DNA of 64,000 nt, taken from IMG/VR virus record IMGVR_UViG_3300030098_007301, positions 32,001 through 96,000 of that record, one strand, 5' to 3'. Origin of the DNA: a virus. Below the pieces are notes generated by a model. It did not search any database. It had not been told where the DNA came from and saw only the letters and a list, made by a program, of their open reading frames with translations. Positions 37,355 to 48,311 of this stretch are shown here, one piece after another (position 1 is the stretch's first letter; each line of letters opens with the position of its first letter). The position numbers and the translations under genes were made by a program.

Positions 37355-38713
37355 TTATTGAGTAGCGACCCAATCTCCTCCGTAACCACTCATAAATATA
37401 CCAACTCCTTTTTGTTCAGGGCCACCAATTTGAGAACTAAAGTCCAAGGTCACGGTTTTATTATCTCCAATAGAAGAAGAAAAAGATTCAGAATCGATTT
37501 TTAAACCGCGTACTAAATATGCTATCGCGTTCTTTCTAGTAGCGGCAGCTTGATGGCAATCAGGATCCTTCATTTTTATAACTGCGTCATATTCGTCGTC
37601 GCAATTAATGATGTCCGCTATATTGCCCGTAGTTAAATCTGACAAAATTGCATCTATACTCAAACTGGTTGTAATTGGGAAATCAACAGGGCGAGCAAAT
37701 GCGAACTTGGTTCCAAGTTTTTGAATCGGAGTACGACTCATATCGAAACTTAAAGTATAACTTTGGATGTGAGCGTCAGCGACGTCAGCACCAGCTAAAA
37801 GACCAGCGCTTGTTGAGGTGTTCATCATAGAATCTGTGATGGCGTCACTTGTCTTTTTCATCAAACTTAAAGTGATATCTCCCGGACGCAACGCACTAAT
37901 AAGCCCTCCTCCTGCTCCAGAAGCGTCCCCTGTTGGGATTGGCAGGCACACATAGGCAGCGGAAGCAGCATCAGTGCCGACTCCCACTTTTGTTCCGTCA
38001 CTAGGATTAATAGCAGGGTTAGCTCCAGAAATAGCAGTTACAGTGTTGGCCACGGTATTAACAGTTCCCATGTCAAACCCGGGTTGAGTGTTGGTGTTAT
38101 GTGCCGCAAGTTCTCCCGAGTAAGGGATATTTACGAAATTCATATTCATTCCCTCTACGGAAATGCTAACCGTTGGCAAGCCGCCTACTGCGGCCTCAGA
38201 ACTATAAGAGGTCATGAATCCATTGCCGATACCGATAATGCTTTCATATTTTAAGTCGCCAGTAGCTGGATTAACTTGTTTTACGTCAACAGCATCAGAA
38301 CCCTCTTTTGAAGTTAAGATAAAATAATTCTTCTGATAAGCTGTAGTGTCAGAGTTGATTAGTCCAGAAATGCAAGAAGTAGCATTAGAAATAGCCGCGC
38401 CGCTAGGAGTTATCTCAAATCCAAGTTTCTTTTCATTGCAAAAGTTAGCTAGAATATAGCTAGTGTCAAAAGACACGGTTGGCGTGTCAGTGATAATGCT
38501 ATCGATACGAGCTAATTCGCCAAACTGATTAACGTCCTGACGGGAAATACTAAAACTGTAGTTCGCGCTCTGGACTCTCTGTAAATCAGCTATTCCTGTA
38601 GGAATTTTCGTGTTGCTATCTACTGTAGCTTTTTGGCATAGATTCTGATCATAAGCTCCTTGAGTCACGAAAACTGCTTCACTTTGATAAATTACTCGGT
38701 TTCTTGTCGACAT
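37355..38713 (-). CDS. Major tail tube protein paralogue 1 (452 aa)
   Basis: Two internal tube-like repeats (QSANYSFSISRQDVNQFG / QSYTLSFDMSRTPIQKLG); position between neck and chaperone genes. Confidence 0.8.
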   Translation of the reverse strand: MSTRNRVIYQSEAVFVTQGAYDQNLCQKATVDSNTKIPTGIADLQRVQSANYSFSISRQDVNQFGELARIDSIITDTPTVSFDTSYILANFCNEKKLGFEITPSGAAISNATSCISGLINSDTTAYQKNYFILTSKEGSDAVDVKQVNPATGDLKYESIIGIGNGFMTSYSSEAAVGGLPTVSISVEGMNMNFVNIPYSGELAAHNTNTQPGFDMGTVNTVANTVTAISGANPAINPSDGTKVGVGTDAASAAYVCLPIPTGDASGAGGGLISALRPGDITLSLMKKTSDAITDSMMNTSTSAGLLAGADVADAHIQSYTLSFDMSRTPIQKLGTKFAFARPVDFPITTSLSIDAILSDLTTGNIADIINCDDEYDAVIKMKDPDCHQAAATRKNAIAYLVRGLKIDSESFSSSIGDNKTVTLDFSSQIGGPEQKGVGIFMSGYGGDWVATQ

Positions 38714-38775
38714 GGTTAAAATCCTATTTCTTATCCTAAATTACAGCTAACTTCTCTAAAAGTGAAATTATTTTG

Positions 38776-39642
38776 CTATTGTCGGGGGAATCTGAAATTA
38801 CTAATCTCAAAATCAATTAAGGTAGAGTACACATTAGGATTAAATTTTCTAACTTCATTTTCTAAAACTCTATCGAAGCGGGAAACTACAACATCTTCTA
38901 TGTAAATTTGGTTACCATACCCTTTTGTAGCCGAAATTCCGGTATAGTTATATTCATTGTCGTTTCTAAAATATCCAAATGAATCAAATGGCATGTCAGA
39001 CTCTTCAAATAAAGCTATATTTGTCTCTTTTTGATCTCTAAAAATAGCTCCGATTGCATCAACATCAAATTGACTATCAGCAACCACTATAGCCCGAGCC
39101 CTTATAATTGTATTATCCATTCCTCCAAAAGCTATAGGTTCATTCAAGCTTCCATTTGCTTTTAAATATACCACTGGATATGTTTTAGTATCACGCTCTA
39201 ATCCAGTAGGTACTACTGTAGATATCTCATTTCTGTTAGTAAATTGAGTTTGGAACAAAATTTCATCTTCAGTGCTACTAGTAAGAAAAACATTAAAATC
39301 TTTTATAGCAAAACTACCCGTGATGTCTGCAGAGTTGTTGCCGGACCAATATGAACGGCCATTATTATAGTCTATAGCGTAAAGACCTGTATTTCCTCCT
39401 TCTCCTACGTTAGCTAAATTATTTCCAACATATAGGCCAGTTGGAATAGTAGCGCCAGCTATAGAAGAATCCGCTACAATTTGAGAATAAGAACTTGCGT
39501 ACGTTTTATATCCTGCGTATTCATCTGAAACACTATAAAAACGACCGGTGGTATTCTGATAGGCCTCTCCTTTATCTAATAATGTGTGATCAAACCACAA
39601 GAGTAGGCTGGACATCACTTTATTGTCATATTGCGGCTTCAT
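38776..39642 (-). CDS. Putative tail terminator/neck protein (288 aa)
   Basis: Position upstream of the tube genes; YPVVYL...FGG segment. Confidence 0.55.
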   Translation of the reverse strand: MKPQYDNKVMSSLLLWFDHTLLDKGEAYQNTTGRFYSVSDEYAGYKTYASSYSQIVADSSIAGATIPTGLYVGNNLANVGEGGNTGLYAIDYNNGRSYWSGNNSADITGSFAIKDFNVFLTSSTEDEILFQTQFTNRNEISTVVPTGLERDTKTYPVVYLKANGSLNEPIAFGGMDNTIIRARAIVVADSQFDVDAIGAIFRDQKETNIALFEESDMPFDSFGYFRNDNEYNYTGISATKGYGNQIYIEDVVVSRFDRVLENEVRKFNPNVYSTLIDFEISNFRFPRQ

Positions 39643-40229
39643 TTCAGTTTAGTTTTAAATCTTTGTAGCATAGGAGTTATATATGGAGTAGGAGAGAAAT
39701 TTACTAAATTTAGTTTTCTTTCGCTTTGAATAGCTACTCCTGATCTGCTATTTTCGTTTGCTCCAAAAAGCGTATTTACAAAATTGCTAATTCCTCTTTC
39801 TACTCCTTTAACCCAGCTCTGGGTCGTCCAAGTCAATGGCGTTGCAGCGTATATCTCTTGAGCTGATGGGTATCTTATAGGAAATTCCCATTCAAAAGAT
39901 TTTTGACTTAACTTATTTAACCTAGGCTTTTTTTCTACCTGTATAAATTTTTCAAATCCTTCCCTAATTATTTGTACGGGTTTTTGAGATGGAGTAAAAC
40001 CTAAAAAACCAAAAAAATTGCCATATCCGCCAAGAAGTGAGCTATTCATCCCCATAGGCCCCTGTTCTATTTCTTTTGTTACGGGGTGATCATTTAGTTC
40101 TTTTAAAAGTTCTTTTTTTAATGTGTCTACTTTTCTTTTGGCCGCTCCATAAGCAAGATTTTGCATAACTTTAGAATTAGCCACGTTTTTTTTCATCAAT
40201 TGCTTTACTGTTAAATTTTTAATCTTCAT
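39639..40229 (-). CDS. Putative tail completion/neck protein (196 aa, basic)
   Basis: Synteny and coupled overlaps. Confidence 0.5.
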   Translation of the reverse strand: MKIKNLTVKQLMKKNVANSKVMQNLAYGAAKRKVDTLKKELLKELNDHPVTKEIEQGPMGMNSSLLGGYGNFFGFLGFTPSQKPVQIIREGFEKFIQVEKKPRLNKLSQKSFEWEFPIRYPSAQEIYAATPLTWTTQSWVKGVERGISNFVNTLFGANENSRSGVAIQSERKLNLVNFSPTPYITPMLQRFKTKLK

Positions 40230-40666
40230 TACGTTGTAGCCTCCAAATAATAAACGTAATAAGTTTGACCAATAAAGAACCTTGCGCCATCTGAACTTAC
40301 AACATTAAATAAGCTGCCATTAATGTCTATCGAAACAGTTCGCCCTTTGTCTATATAATCTTTACAATCTTTTTCGACTTTGATCCTAACGTCACCTTTT
40401 TCTATCATAACTTTTAATTCGTCTTGGTATTCCAAAGGTTGATTTTCTTTATAATTAACAATAGCGCTAAATGATTGACTAACAGGAGTATAGGAAACAG
40501 TTTCTTTCGGTGCTCCATATCCCGCATAAATATTTTGATTTTCCTCCAAGGTAATAGTTTTTTTAGGTTCTTTATTAACAGTAATAGTAGCTTTGAAAGT
40601 ATCAAAGTGGTCGGCTAAAGCTGTTTGAAACTGCGTTTTAGCTGAATCTGGAATTAAAGATGCCAT
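40229..40666 (-). CDS. Putative head-closure (stopper) protein (145 aa)
   Basis: Synteny; beta-rich composition. Confidence 0.5.
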   Translation of the reverse strand: MASLIPDSAKTQFQTALADHFDTFKATITVNKEPKKTITLEENQNIYAGYGAPKETVSYTPVSQSFSAIVNYKENQPLEYQDELKVMIEKGDVRIKVEKDCKDYIDKGRTVSIDINGSLFNVVSSDGARFFIGQTYYVYYLEATT

Positions 40667-41283
40667 TAGTAGTTAATTATGCGATTATAAGGGTAATTTA
40701 AACTGTTATCGATATAGTTTTCTCCTCTAACGGTATCGTCTCCTGCGACTTGCACCGGAGTTGATTTTCTTAATTTATAGGCATTAACTAAATCCATTAA
40801 TTCAGCGTACTCTTCTCGTTTTAATGCTAAATAAGTCTTACTGAGTTCATTTTTGTTAATTTTACGAACTCTAGAACCGTCAGAAGCCACCTCCACGATA
40901 GGATCAGTAGACGCAGCGCCAACTGTGCTACGAATTTGTTTATCGTAATAATGAACAACGTACATCTTCTTTAATATAGCCACTTCCTCTGGCTGTATAG
41001 CAACGATAGCAGGCACGGATGCGATCCCATTATCCCCGCTGACTGATAAACCTAAAGCTCCAGTCGCCTCGTTAAATGCCTGCGGCTCACATGCCGGATC
41101 TATAAAGCTTCCTGAAAATTCGTAAGCCTCTGAGCCGTAAGTGGATATTTTAAATGTAGTATTTATCCTATTATTCAACTCGCCGACATTGCTTCTAATC
41201 CAAAAAGAAATGGCGGGAACAGAAATGCTCGAAGGTTCTCCGAGTTCCCTAAAAAGTTCATCTGCTATATCGACAATTTTCAT
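40666..41283 (-). CDS. Putative head-tail adaptor (205 aa)
   Basis: Synteny; helical N-terminus. Confidence 0.5.
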   Translation of the reverse strand: MKIVDIADELFRELGEPSSISVPAISFWIRSNVGELNNRINTTFKISTYGSEAYEFSGSFIDPACEPQAFNEATGALGLSVSGDNGIASVPAIVAIQPEEVAILKKMYVVHYYDKQIRSTVGAASTDPIVEVASDGSRVRKINKNELSKTYLALKREEYAELMDLVNAYKLRKSTPVQVAGDDTVRGENYIDNSLNYPYNRIINY

Positions 41284-41293
41284 CTTTTCTAAA

Positions 41294-41300
41294 ATTACAC
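41294..41300 (-). promoter_or_regulatory. GTGTAAT motif overlapping the last codon and stop of the fibre gene
   Basis: GTG TAA T, 10 nt before the start at 41283. Confidence 0.55.
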
Positions 41301-44300
41301 ATCTTTTTCAACTACGAGGCTATCTATATCAGCTCTTTCGCCGTAAATAGTGTAGAAACAGTCAATTGTTTCACCTTCGGCCGCTCCAATTACAATTTGA
41401 GATAATGAAGCACTAACAACATATAAATGCTGGAATCCTCCCCTTGGAGTTAGTTGAACTGTAATAGTGTCTTCTCGTACAAGACCAGACCAGTAATCTG
41501 GCAAAGTAATTGTATTTGATTGAGTTGTTCCTCTATAGTAAACGCCATATTCTGGCCCTTCCAAAGATCCGTGTATTAATTTTTTATTTTCTTTAGTTGG
41601 GTGGTCTATTACGAAAGACTTAGAAGAAGCAGCAAAAGCTCCATTAACTTCAAGTTTATAACTACTAGAAGAACTTGTTCCTATTCCTACGTTCCCTGTT
41701 CTTCCTATCACCATCCTAGAATTGATATCACTACTACCGTTGGCTGTGCTGAAATGCAGCTCTGAATATTTATTCGTATGGTCGAGCATTTTGCATATAA
41801 ATGCACCCGCGTACCATCCGGTTCCACCTTCAAAGGTTATAGCTGATATTTGTCCAGCTGTAGTTGCTTTGTTATTTATTATAACTCTGCAATTAGTCCC
41901 CCAAGCTTGGTTTTCGTTTGTTATAATGGAGTCTCCTCTTAGACGCATTACCGCAAAGTTTGTGTTATCTGTACCTATTCCAATCATTGGGTAGGTATTT
42001 TGACTTCCAACCCATAGAGCTATGTCATCATTAAACTGAGTATCAGGCTCGCCCCAAACAACAAATCTACCATCGCCTACTTCGTAGGTTCCAATCCCAA
42101 CTCTGCCATCATTTTTGATGATCATTTGAGTTTTAGGTGAGGCGGTATTGTCGGTGATAAAGTGAAAATCTCCTACATTTGTAGCATTTTGATATTGATA
42201 AGCGATTCTTCCGTCGGCGTCTCTTGCTCTAAAGTCTAAGTTGGCGTAAACACTATTACTTGCTTGAGCGTTATGAATTAGTAGGCCTTTGCCCGCTCCG
42301 CCTCCACTTAAACCCTCCTGAGTAACATTAGTAGAAGTACTTAAATATTTAACTTCAAATGTTTTATTAGGCGCCCCACTGCCAGTCGTATCGTTTACTA
42401 AAACTCTAGTCGCACCATCTCCTCTATCATATATACCAAATGATGGTGAAGTACTATTATTTTCAGTAATAAAAAGGAATTGGCCTTGGTTGCTGGTGCC
42501 GCTGTATTGAAATGCTATTCTTGCATCAGCGTCGTGAACCCTAAAGTCAATTGGAAAATAAGTATTAGCAGTAGTGCTTGTATTTTGCCCCCGAATTCCG
42601 GGGCCTGCAGTTCCGCTCAAGAAACCGGCTTTAATGTCAGTAACACCAGAGCTATAATAAACATGTAAATTCGCGGAGGAGTACGCATTCAAACCTATTC
42701 CAACATTACCACTACCATCAACTCTTAAATAATCACCGACTCCATTTTTGTGAATTGCAAATGTTCCGCCAGATGTGAGCCTGTTATACCAAATATGTGA
42801 TCCGCTGGTATAACGAAGCTGATAATCTGTTGCCTTTAATTGCAAGCGTAAGTTTGAATCAATCTGCAAAGATTGCGAGCCAGCATTGTAGAAATAAGTG
42901 TTATCACTTCCAAAGTATATTGCTTCGTCACTTTGCAAGGAACTTCCGTTGTATATGCCAGAGTATGTTGAGTCGCTATATGTTTTTAATTTTGTTGCGG
43001 CAGAACCAATGATCGCATCTCCAAGTACTTCTAATTTTGCAGCCGGATTATTTGTTCCTATACCGACATTGCCTCCAGAAATAACACGCATTCTCTCTGC
43101 ACCGTCAGTATAAAACCTTAAATAATCACCACCACTAGAACCATCTATTTTTGCAGCAGTTCCGCCCCACCTAATACTTTGTCCATCATCAAGGAAAGAG
43201 TCTCCTGAATTTATTCTAACGGTGCCGTTAACTTGTAGTTTAAAGGATGGAGCATTTGTTCCTATACCAACATTGCCACCTATAAAATAAGAAGATCCTG
43301 CAGTTCTTAAACTTGTTTTAGTAACGTTGTTATCCCTTAACTCAAGTATACCTTCAGTGCCGTTGTCGTATAAAAGTCCAATACGAGTACCTGTATCGCC
43401 ATCAAGAAACTCAGTATCACCCTTTACGGAAAGAGCAACACCGCCAGTGGCAGAAGCTCCGCCAATAGATACAGTACCAACGCTATTAATAACCGATTGG
43501 ATATTTCTATCACCTACGATTCTAGTCCAATTTTGGTCGCTGCTAGTTCCCCATCCAGATCGCCAATAGAACTCTGACGCTGAGTGCGCAAAATAAAATT
43601 GACCCCTAAAGCTATTAATCGACCTTAAAGTAAATAAAGCTCCGTAAGAATAAATCTGACTAGGTGTTTGTGTTAATGTACTAGGCGCATTAGTTGTAAT
43701 AGTTCCACTACTATTAGCCCAATGCCCATGAGTTGCGTCGTATCTATAAAACTGACAAAAACTGGCTTCGTCATTAGAACGATAATAATCGTTTAAGTTA
43801 TCTGTTCCATACGGTCTATCACCTAACTGCTTGAAAAATCCATTACCTCCCAACGAAGCGTTTCCGGCGCTACTTAAAAATAAATATTTTGATCCACTTC
43901 CAGCGCCGAAACCTACTCCAGAATTTTCAAAATATACTCCAGCAGTATTAACTGCGCTAACAGTAATCGCTGGGTTGGTAGAGTTTCCTGCCGCTGACCC
44001 ATTGCCTAGACGCAAATTAGTACCAATTCTTGCGTCTCCTCCATATACATCTAATTTGTAACCGGGAGCATATGTTCCTATGCCAACTTTACCGGAAGTA
44101 TTAATAGTAATATGATCCCATGTTGAATTTGCCCCTAGACTAAGGGCGTTTCCACTTGCGGCCTGCATTCCAAAACCAGTTCCTCCACCCATAGTACCCC
44201 AACTGATAAGGCCTCTATTAGTGGTGGCAAAAAACATGGTATCTTTGAACCGGCTACTTCCATTTACGGTTAGTCTATTTTCAGGAGTATCGTCACTTAT

Positions 44301-47300
44301 ACCAACATTGCCATTATTACATGTGATTGTTTGTGTTTGACCATTAGTACCAAGATGAAGTTTATGAGTTGTTCCCGTGCCACCACCAATAATAGTAAGA
44401 TCATTACTATAAGTCTGTAGTAGGCCATTATACATCTTCATGCTCCAGTTTTGACCGGTCCCACCTACCTGAAGATAATTACTTACCCAACTAATCATGG
44501 AAGTACCGTTACAGTCTACTGAAAAATCAGCAGCACCATTATTCATGTTGGATTGGTAAGTGGCGTCGCCAACAGCTAACCCTCCATTAACAGTCAAGTG
44601 TGCATTAGTTAATGGGTTAGCTCCCATACCGATACATCCATTACTTAACATTCTGAAGTTATTACCGAAATCAGACCGGTAAGAAAGCGATGCTAAATCA
44701 TTACCTGTGCCAGAGGCAGTCGCGTCAACCCAAGTCCATCCATCAGCATAAGTGTCAGCATAAGTATGACTAAACATGCTTTCCACATACATTTTAACCC
44801 AATAGCCCGGAGTGCTGAGACAAATACAAACTTTCTTAGTTCCAGATGAATCCCAATCTTCAGCAGATAGCTGGATGGTGGGAGCCCATCCTCCCGAGGA
44901 GCTACAAGTAGCATTGTAAAAAGTACTGTTATAATAATGCCAACATACTGTTAGGTTAGCTGTCTCTGCGTTACCATAAATGAAGCCTTTAAGATTAACG
45001 GTGAAATCTGCGCCGCTCAAAGCAAAAGGAATTTTTGTTCTAATTTTAATATTCGGGCTCGCGGCGCTAGTAGCTATGCTTAATCCTATTAAACTTAATC
45101 GACTTTGATCGCCAAAACTTGCCTCTCCATTTACGGATAAAGCGGTATGAGGATTAGAGTCTAATATTCCAACCTTACCAGCCCCCGTAACCGTCATGGT
45201 AGTTATACCATTGCTAGAGCCCCTAAAGTAGGTTGCTCCGTTATTAGCCATAGTTATATAGTTAATACCTAAGTTTTGGTAATTTAAATGAGTAGTATAA
45301 GCCGATCCGCTCAATATCTGAACCTCTCCGTCTGGCTCCACTTTAAACTTATAACCCCCATTTGCATAAACACCTAAAGCACTGCCCGTGCTTCCCGGCT
45401 CATCCATACGCACCAGCAACCCACCTGAATTGCCACTGGTAGCCGTGTTGTATATCCTTGAAAGCCAATTGCCAGTAACTGAAGCTTTGACCTCTAATCT
45501 GTATGCGGGAGCATTTGTCCCTATACCGACATTACCGTCACCAATAATACGTACCTTTTCTGAAGATGTGCCCGCGTTGTCCGTGAAAAATGAAATATAA
45601 CCGGTATTATTAGCGCCTGTAGTCCCGGCTTGTATCATTGCCACCTGTCCAGCATTATTTTGAAATGATACTGTAGAAACAATATCAGTGCTATTGTTAT
45701 TAGAATGCCTTAATACTATCTCTGCTCCTTCGTCATGTGATCCATTACTTTCGACATGCAATTTTGCACTAGGATTCGTAGTATTTATACCAACATTACC
45801 AGTATGCGCTAAAAATAAAGGAATATTAGTTCTAGCATTATTGCCACCAGTATAGAAAAACCAGTCGTACACTGCTGACCTTGCATGACCCGACGCATCG
45901 CACCAAATGTTTAACTGACTGCCTGTGTCGGTATGGTTGCCAGTAATCCTTACTCCTCCGTCTATTTGAGCATAAGCGGTGCCGCTTTGAGTTATAATGG
46001 AGTTACCTATCGTATCGGTATCAGTCCATAGCGCTAATTTATTTGCAGTACCTGAACCATCCACTTGCCCAGCACCAACTGCGGTTTCGATTACGTTACC
46101 ACTTGAGTCAACGGCCAATTTGTAAGCGGCGGTTCCTGTATGAGTTCCGCTACCATAACTACCGAATGTTAACTTACCATTATCAATTATTGTTAGTCTA
46201 TCTTGCCAGCCGCCGACATACGTTTGAAGTTTTATTCCGCCGTCGCCAGCAAGTCTCATAACAGTAGAATCGTTATAAACAAAACCTCCAGCGGTACTAC
46301 CAAAATAAAGTATATTATCTTTTATAATTACGTTATTGCTAGTGTCAATCCGAATGCCGCTAGTATTTGAGTTATACCCAAGATGCAAACCTCCCGCCCC
46401 TTTACCCATTATAGTAGGGACGTTTGAATACGCTGGATAAAATTGGAGATAAGCGGAATGCGATGTCCGATTGACAAGCAACCCAGACCCATCGGCCGAG
46501 GTGAACGTCATGTAATTTTTATTAACGTCCAACCTAGTATTTAAAGTGATGTCATCGCCAATAGTATCCTGCGCTGCTGAGTCGGTGGTTTTAAAATAGA
46601 AGGCCCCGGCGGCTACTTCTAAAACAGATTTGTTACCAGAAAAATTTCCATAGGTAGCCACATAACCGCTATTCGAAGTCTTCCCTTTTGCGCCGTAACC
46701 TATAACAGTATTGCCGTTTGAGTAATGAGATGACAATACGTTAAGTTTATTAGACCCACTATAATTCTTCTCCAACCATGAGCCACCAGTAGTAGAGGGA
46801 TTACCCGCTAGTACCACTCCGCTAAAATCTCCAGCCGCACCATATATAGTAGACCATCGGTTAGATGATGTGCCTAGCGTTATGCTGTTTGTGGGGTAGA
46901 CAGACGTTGAGGATCGCATTCTAGTGCTGCCAAAATCCTCACCTACGTCCAAAAAGTTGTTGCTAATTTGTCCCTCTAGTGCACGTTTTGACGCAAAATA
47001 AAATCGGCTTGCACTATCTCCAGCAAGAGTAAGGTTGCCGCTCACGGTAAGGTTGTTGTTGGCGGTAACGGTTCCATCAGATGAAATTGAAAGCCTTGTT
47101 GCACCAGCACTTTCGTCCCTAAACTCTAAAGCGTCCCCTATTGTGTCGCTATTGCATACAGACCAATTACCGTGGCCAGAATTCAATAATAGTCTAGCGT
47201 TTGAGTTAGCAGCATTTGTTATTTTTAATGTAGCGTTATCATGGCCAGATCCATAAATCTCTAAATTGACAGAAGGATTATTCGTTCCTATACCGATATT

Positions 47301-48302
47301 ACCGCCAGACCTAATAGTCATTCGGGTAGCGGTAGCTGCGCCAGTAGCCTGTGTTTGGAAAGCTATGGCCGCGCTGTCACTCGTGCCGTCTTGGTAACCA
47401 ACAATATTCGCCAAATTAGAATCAATGTCAGTATTACCAAAACGAATAATACCAAGAGAAGCGCCTGCATTGCCGTTTGTCCTCGTTAGCGCTAATATAG
47501 AAACACTACTGTTTCTTAATTGTAGGTTTCCAACCGTAGGAGTTGGCGTGCCTATGCCTATATTTCCGTCTTCTTTAATGTATAAAGCGTCTACAAAAGT
47601 ATCTCCAGAATTAACCGTGAATGTAAGACTGCCCGTAGCCGCGCCACCGGGGGCGGTAGCTAAACATCTAATTCTTGCGGCTGTATTATTTGCTGATCCT
47701 CCCGCGCTACTACCACCAATAAAATTAATATCATGGTTGCCACTGGACCAAGTGTTCTTGATGTTAATATTAGAACCATTGTTTTCAAATATTGCATCCC
47801 CATTAACATGTAGTTTCGCGCCCGGGGTGGTTGTTGCTATACCTAGATTTCCGTCAGTCTTAAACGCCATCCTTGTCGCGCCAGCGTCTTGATCTCTCAA
47901 GTTGAGAAGCCCGTTTGAATCAACGTACAACCTATACTCTCTAGCATCAGTTCTATGTAACCATAAACCTACATCTCCCCCTGAAGTTTCTAGATTGAGA
48001 TTACCGGCAACTTGCAATTTAGTAGCAGGCGCATTTGTTCCTATGCCGACATTACCTGTACCGTTAGGGGTTATCTCAATATGCTTATTGCCGCCAGATT
48101 CAGTTTGAAGTTTTAGGTTAGATGCACCAGCACTGTTTTCTATAGTGTCAGCCTTAAATATACCGCTTAAAGTACGGACACTTGTTGAACCCGTAGAAAT
48201 AAATGCTTCCCCGTTAACATGTAACTGCTGACTAGGCGTTGCGGTATTTATCCCAACCTTGCCTCTTAAAATCTTTAATGCTGGTATAGTTTTATCTGCC
48301 AT
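41295..48302 (-). CDS. Long tail fibre protein (2335 aa) with GNVGIGT repeats and a C-terminal chaperone-like domain
   Basis: More than 10 G(N/K)(V/I)GIGT modules; C-terminal SKSFVIDHP...LEGPE...LPDYW domain typical of fibre ends. Confidence 0.85.
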   Translation of the reverse strand: MADKTIPALKILRGKVGINTATPSQQLHVNGEAFISTGSTSVRTLSGIFKADTIENSAGASNLKLQTESGGNKHIEITPNGTGNVGIGTNAPATKLQVAGNLNLETSGGDVGLWLHRTDAREYRLYVDSNGLLNLRDQDAGATRMAFKTDGNLGIATTTPGAKLHVNGDAIFENNGSNINIKNTWSSGNHDINFIGGSSAGGSANNTAARIRCLATAPGGAATGSLTFTVNSGDTFVDALYIKEDGNIGIGTPTPTVGNLQLRNSSVSILALTRTNGNAGASLGIIRFGNTDIDSNLANIVGYQDGTSDSAAIAFQTQATGAATATRMTIRSGGNIGIGTNNPSVNLEIYGSGHDNATLKITNAANSNARLLLNSGHGNWSVCNSDTIGDALEFRDESAGATRLSISSDGTVTANNNLTVSGNLTLAGDSASRFYFASKRALEGQISNNFLDVGEDFGSTRMRSSTSVYPTNSITLGTSSNRWSTIYGAAGDFSGVVLAGNPSTTGGSWLEKNYSGSNKLNVLSSHYSNGNTVIGYGAKGKTSNSGYVATYGNFSGNKSVLEVAAGAFYFKTTDSAAQDTIGDDITLNTRLDVNKNYMTFTSADGSGLLVNRTSHSAYLQFYPAYSNVPTIMGKGAGGLHLGYNSNTSGIRIDTSNNVIIKDNILYFGSTAGGFVYNDSTVMRLAGDGGIKLQTYVGGWQDRLTIIDNGKLTFGSYGSGTHTGTAAYKLAVDSSGNVIETAVGAGQVDGSGTANKLALWTDTDTIGNSIITQSGTAYAQIDGGVRITGNHTDTGSQLNIWCDASGHARSAVYDWFFYTGGNNARTNIPLFLAHTGNVGINTTNPSAKLHVESNGSHDEGAEIVLRHSNNNSTDIVSTVSFQNNAGQVAMIQAGTTGANNTGYISFFTDNAGTSSEKVRIIGDGNVGIGTNAPAYRLEVKASVTGNWLSRIYNTATSGNSGGLLVRMDEPGSTGSALGVYANGGYKFKVEPDGEVQILSGSAYTTHLNYQNLGINYITMANNGATYFRGSSNGITTMTVTGAGKVGILDSNPHTALSVNGEASFGDQSRLSLIGLSIATSAASPNIKIRTKIPFALSGADFTVNLKGFIYGNAETANLTVCWHYYNSTFYNATCSSSGGWAPTIQLSAEDWDSSGTKKVCICLSTPGYWVKMYVESMFSHTYADTYADGWTWVDATASGTGNDLASLSYRSDFGNNFRMLSNGCIGMGANPLTNAHLTVNGGLAVGDATYQSNMNNGAADFSVDCNGTSMISWVSNYLQVGGTGQNWSMKMYNGLLQTYSNDLTIIGGGTGTTHKLHLGTNGQTQTITCNNGNVGISDDTPENRLTVNGSSRFKDTMFFATTNRGLISWGTMGGGTGFGMQAASGNALSLGANSTWDHITINTSGKVGIGTYAPGYKLDVYGGDARIGTNLRLGNGSAAGNSTNPAITVSAVNTAGVYFENSGVGFGAGSGSKYLFLSSAGNASLGGNGFFKQLGDRPYGTDNLNDYYRSNDEASFCQFYRYDATHGHWANSSGTITTNAPSTLTQTPSQIYSYGALFTLRSINSFRGQFYFAHSASEFYWRSGWGTSSDQNWTRIVGDRNIQSVINSVGTVSIGGASATGGVALSVKGDTEFLDGDTGTRIGLLYDNGTEGILELRDNNVTKTSLRTAGSSYFIGGNVGIGTNAPSFKLQVNGTVRINSGDSFLDDGQSIRWGGTAAKIDGSSGGDYLRFYTDGAERMRVISGGNVGIGTNNPAAKLEVLGDAIIGSAATKLKTYSDSTYSGIYNGSSLQSDEAIYFGSDNTYFYNAGSQSLQIDSNLRLQLKATDYQLRYTSGSHIWYNRLTSGGTFAIHKNGVGDYLRVDGSGNVGIGLNAYSSANLHVYYSSGVTDIKAGFLSGTAGPGIRGQNTSTTANTYFPIDFRVHDADARIAFQYSGTSNQGQFLFITENNSTSPSFGIYDRGDGATRVLVNDTTGSGAPNKTFEVKYLSTSTNVTQEGLSGGGAGKGLLIHNAQASNSVYANLDFRARDADGRIAYQYQNATNVGDFHFITDNTASPKTQMIIKNDGRVGIGTYEVGDGRFVVWGEPDTQFNDDIALWVGSQNTYPMIGIGTDNTNFAVMRLRGDSIITNENQAWGTNCRVIINNKATTAGQISAITFEGGTGWYAGAFICKMLDHTNKYSELHFSTANGSSDINSRMVIGRTGNVGIGTSSSSSYKLEVNGAFAASSKSFVIDHPTKENKKLIHGSLEGPEYGVYYRGTTQSNTITLPDYWSGLVREDTITVQLTPRGGFQHLYVVSASLSQIVIGAAEGETIDCFYTIYGERADIDSLVVEKDV

Positions 48303-48311
48303 TATAAATCC

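Noticed and set aside
35642-38713. Contractile tail sheath
   Set aside because: Neither protein shows sheath motifs; both look like tube paralogues, and the tip genes are lambda-like
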